Position numbers and translations under genes: made by a program
Source: Planctomycetota bacterium
GTDB lineage: Bacteria > Planctomycetota > GCA-002687715 > CAIWVZ01
Assembly (NCBI GenBank): GCA_044222185.1
Contig: JBGANV010000003.1
Span: forward strand, 448,001 to 512,000
Direction: 5' to 3'
DNA length: 64,000 nt
Shown here: one piece after another, positions 62,025 to 64,000 of the stretch
Position numbering within the stretch: position 1 is the stretch's first letter
Layout of the letters: each line of letters starts with the position of its first letter
The notes under the pieces: model-generated
Seen by the model: the letters and a program-made list of their open reading frames with translations, nothing else
Told to the model about the DNA's origin: nothing
Database searches by the model: none

Positions 62025-62525
62025 ATGCCCGCGAACCAGCCAGGTGGCCTTCAAGTTTCCACTCCAACTGACACGACCATCGTCCTCACCCGCACGTTCA
62101 GGGCACCGCGCGAGCTGGTGTGGGAAGCGATGTTCACGCCCGCGAGGATGCGCCGCTGGATGCTCCCTCCGCCGGGTTTCATCCTCACCGTCTGCGAGTG
62201 CGACGCGCGGCTGGGCGGCGGGTTGAAGCTCGTGTGGAAGACCGACGAGGCGGATCCGGCCATGACGCTTCATGGAGTGTTCACCGAGGTCGTGCTGCAT
62301 GAACGGATCGTTCACACCGAAACGATGACGCTCGGCACGGGGCAGGTCGTGGGCTCGTTGCTCGAGATGCACGAGTTCACCGAGAAGGGCGGAATCACCA
62401 CGATGCGCATCACGCAGACGTACGACTCGAAGGAAGCCCGCGACGAGGCTGTCGGCTCGGGAATGGACTGCGGCATGGAAGCCGGATACGTCCAGTTGGA
62501 CACGCTGCTCGCGCAGTCCGCATAG
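62025..62525 (+). CDS. SRPBCC/AHSA1 domain protein
   Basis: IVLTRTF.APRELVW.A, DAR.GG, HGVF.EV...ERIVHTE, SKEARD...SGM..GM..GY..LD. Confidence 0.9.
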   Translation: MPANQPGGLQVSTPTDTTIVLTRTFRAPRELVWEAMFTPARMRRWMLPPPGFILTVCECDARLGGGLKLVWKTDEADPAMTLHGVFTEVVLHERIVHTETMTLGTGQVVGSLLEMHEFTEKGGITTMRITQTYDSKEARDEAVGSGMDCGMEAGYVQLDTLLAQSA

Positions 62526-62540
62526 GAAGGAACCACTCAC

Positions 62541-63395
62541 ATGCGAGCATCGATCGTCGACTCCGTTCCGCGGCTCGTTCCGCTCCTCATCCTCTCGCTC
62601 CTCGTCAGCGTCGGGTCGGCTCAGACCCGCACGCAGGACGTCATCTACCTGAAGTCCGGCGGTGTGGCCTTCACGCTGGACGTGTCGAAGCCGGCGAAGC
62701 CCAACAAGGCCGCGGTGATCTTCATCGTGAGCGGGGGCTGGGTCTCCGACCACGCGATGATCAAGCCGATGGCGGGCGCCGCCGAGAAGGTGTTCACCGA
62801 TGGAGGCTTCACAGTGTTCTCGGTGGTCCACGGCGCGCAGCCGCGTTTCAAAGTGACCGAGATCGTCGAGCAGGTGCGCGCGGCGGTCCGCTTCGTGCAC
62901 GCTCACGCGGCCGACTATGGCATCGACACGAACCGCGTCGGAGTGACCGGGATCAGTTCCGGCGGGCACCTCGCCCTGATGGTGGCAGGCTCACCGGAGT
63001 CTCCCGTGAATGCGGTGGCGGCGATCGCGCCGCCGACCGACCTCGCCAATTGGGGCAAGGCGGGCGTGATCCTCACCGAGGAGCCTCAGTTCGCCACGTT
63101 CATCCCTGCGCTGGGCATCGACACGAAGGCGCCCCGGAGTGACACCGAGGCGCTGGCGAAGAAGCAGTCCCCGATCAACGGCGTCACGGGCAAGTTCCCG
63201 CCGACGCTCATCGTCCATGGAGATGGCGACAAAGTCGTTCCGCTACAGCAGGCCAAGGCGATGGATGAAGCGCTGGCGAAGGCCGAGGCTCCGCACAAGC
63301 TCGAAGTCGTTCCGGGAGGCGGCCACGACTCGTCGACGTTCGGAGCGGGCGTCACGAAAGCCGTCGATTGGTTCAAGGAGAAGCTCCTCAAATAG
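62541..63395 (+). CDS. Secreted alpha/beta hydrolase (esterase/lipase-like)
   Basis: SGGW oxyanion motif, GISSGGHL nucleophile, HGDGDKVVP, GGGH. Confidence 0.9.
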   Translation: MRASIVDSVPRLVPLLILSLLVSVGSAQTRTQDVIYLKSGGVAFTLDVSKPAKPNKAAVIFIVSGGWVSDHAMIKPMAGAAEKVFTDGGFTVFSVVHGAQPRFKVTEIVEQVRAAVRFVHAHAADYGIDTNRVGVTGISSGGHLALMVAGSPESPVNAVAAIAPPTDLANWGKAGVILTEEPQFATFIPALGIDTKAPRSDTEALAKKQSPINGVTGKFPPTLIVHGDGDKVVPLQQAKAMDEALAKAEAPHKLEVVPGGGHDSSTFGAGVTKAVDWFKEKLLK

Positions 63396-63477
63396 GAGCG
63401 CGGCTCGCGCCCGCGCGCGGCAGCGATGCGCGCAGAGGAGGCCCGCCGCGCGTGCCGGCGTTCGGTATCCTGCGCCG

Positions 63478-64000
63478 GTGACACCACGACGCGCGAGTCC
63501 AAAGGCAATAGGAGCTCCGACGCCAACGCGGCGTCGAGCCGACCTTCGCATCGATGACGATGTGGTCAGCGTCCAGCGGGCGTTCGCCCGCATCCATCCG
63601 ATTCCCGCGGCCGAAGTCGCGCGGCTGGTGCAAGGCGCGCATGTAGCCGAACTGAAACGAGGAGCGATCCTGTTCCGGCAAGGGCAGCCGGCGGATTGGC
63701 TCGGCATCGTGATCCGCGGCCTCGTGCGGCTCTACTGCATCCGGGAGGGCCGGTCCGTCAATCTCGGCTTCGAGATCGAGGGCGGATTCATCGGAGACTA
63801 CGCGGCCTACATGCAGCAGCTTCCCACCAGCCACTCCGAAGAAACGCTCGAACCGTCGCGCGTGATCTCGTTCTCCCGTGAGCTGCTCGGTCGGATGATG
63901 ACGGAGGGCGAACACTGGCGCGAACTCGCGAGGCGCGGCGCGGAGGTGGAGCTGGTACGGAAGCTCGGGAAGGAAGTCGATCAGCGCACGCGGACGCCGG
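63478..64000 (+). CDS. Crp/Fnr family regulator, cNMP-binding domain (runs off the window)
   Basis: Manual frame-1 translation: LKRGAILFRQGQPADWLGIVIRGLVRLY...EGGFIGDY...ETLEPS...RTP. Start GTG 63478 or 63562. Confidence 0.85.
   Translation, partial: MTPRRASPKAIGAPTPTRRRADLRIDDDVVSVQRAFARIHPIPAAEVARLVQGAHVAELKRGAILFRQGQPADWLGIVIRGLVRLYCIREGRSVNLGFEIEGGFIGDYAAYMQQLPTSHSEETLEPSRVISFSRELLGRMMTEGEHWRELARRGAEVELVRKLGKEVDQRTRTP

Overview
High-GC bacterial DNA; the paired ECF sigma/Ser-Thr kinase genes and many large secreted repeat proteins suggest Planctomycetota (inference). About 40 CDS were recognised; no rRNA, tRNA, CRISPR array or transposase was seen. Main content: (i) three paralogous Hanks-type kinases, two next to ECF sigma factors and flanked by secreted beta-propeller/Ig/Kelch proteins; (ii) five secreted proteins that appear to share a ~110-140 aa domain ending Q[AG]...G[F]..TN[AG], a candidate sorting or assembly module; (iii) a tightly coupled five-gene yeh-like operon (DUF4132, YehL-type MoxR ATPase, DUF5682, vWA, SWIM) followed by a JmjC oxygenase/Zn-finger gene pair; (iv) a four-domain thioredoxin-fold protein; (v) a BlaI/M56/DUF1579 module with a clear promoter and operator; (vi) two ArsR-SRPBCC modules with operators; (vii) several hydrolases and two apparent pseudo-proteases. 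Two genes carry frameshifts in short repeats, which may be assembly errors. All family calls come from reading motifs by eye, not from database searches.
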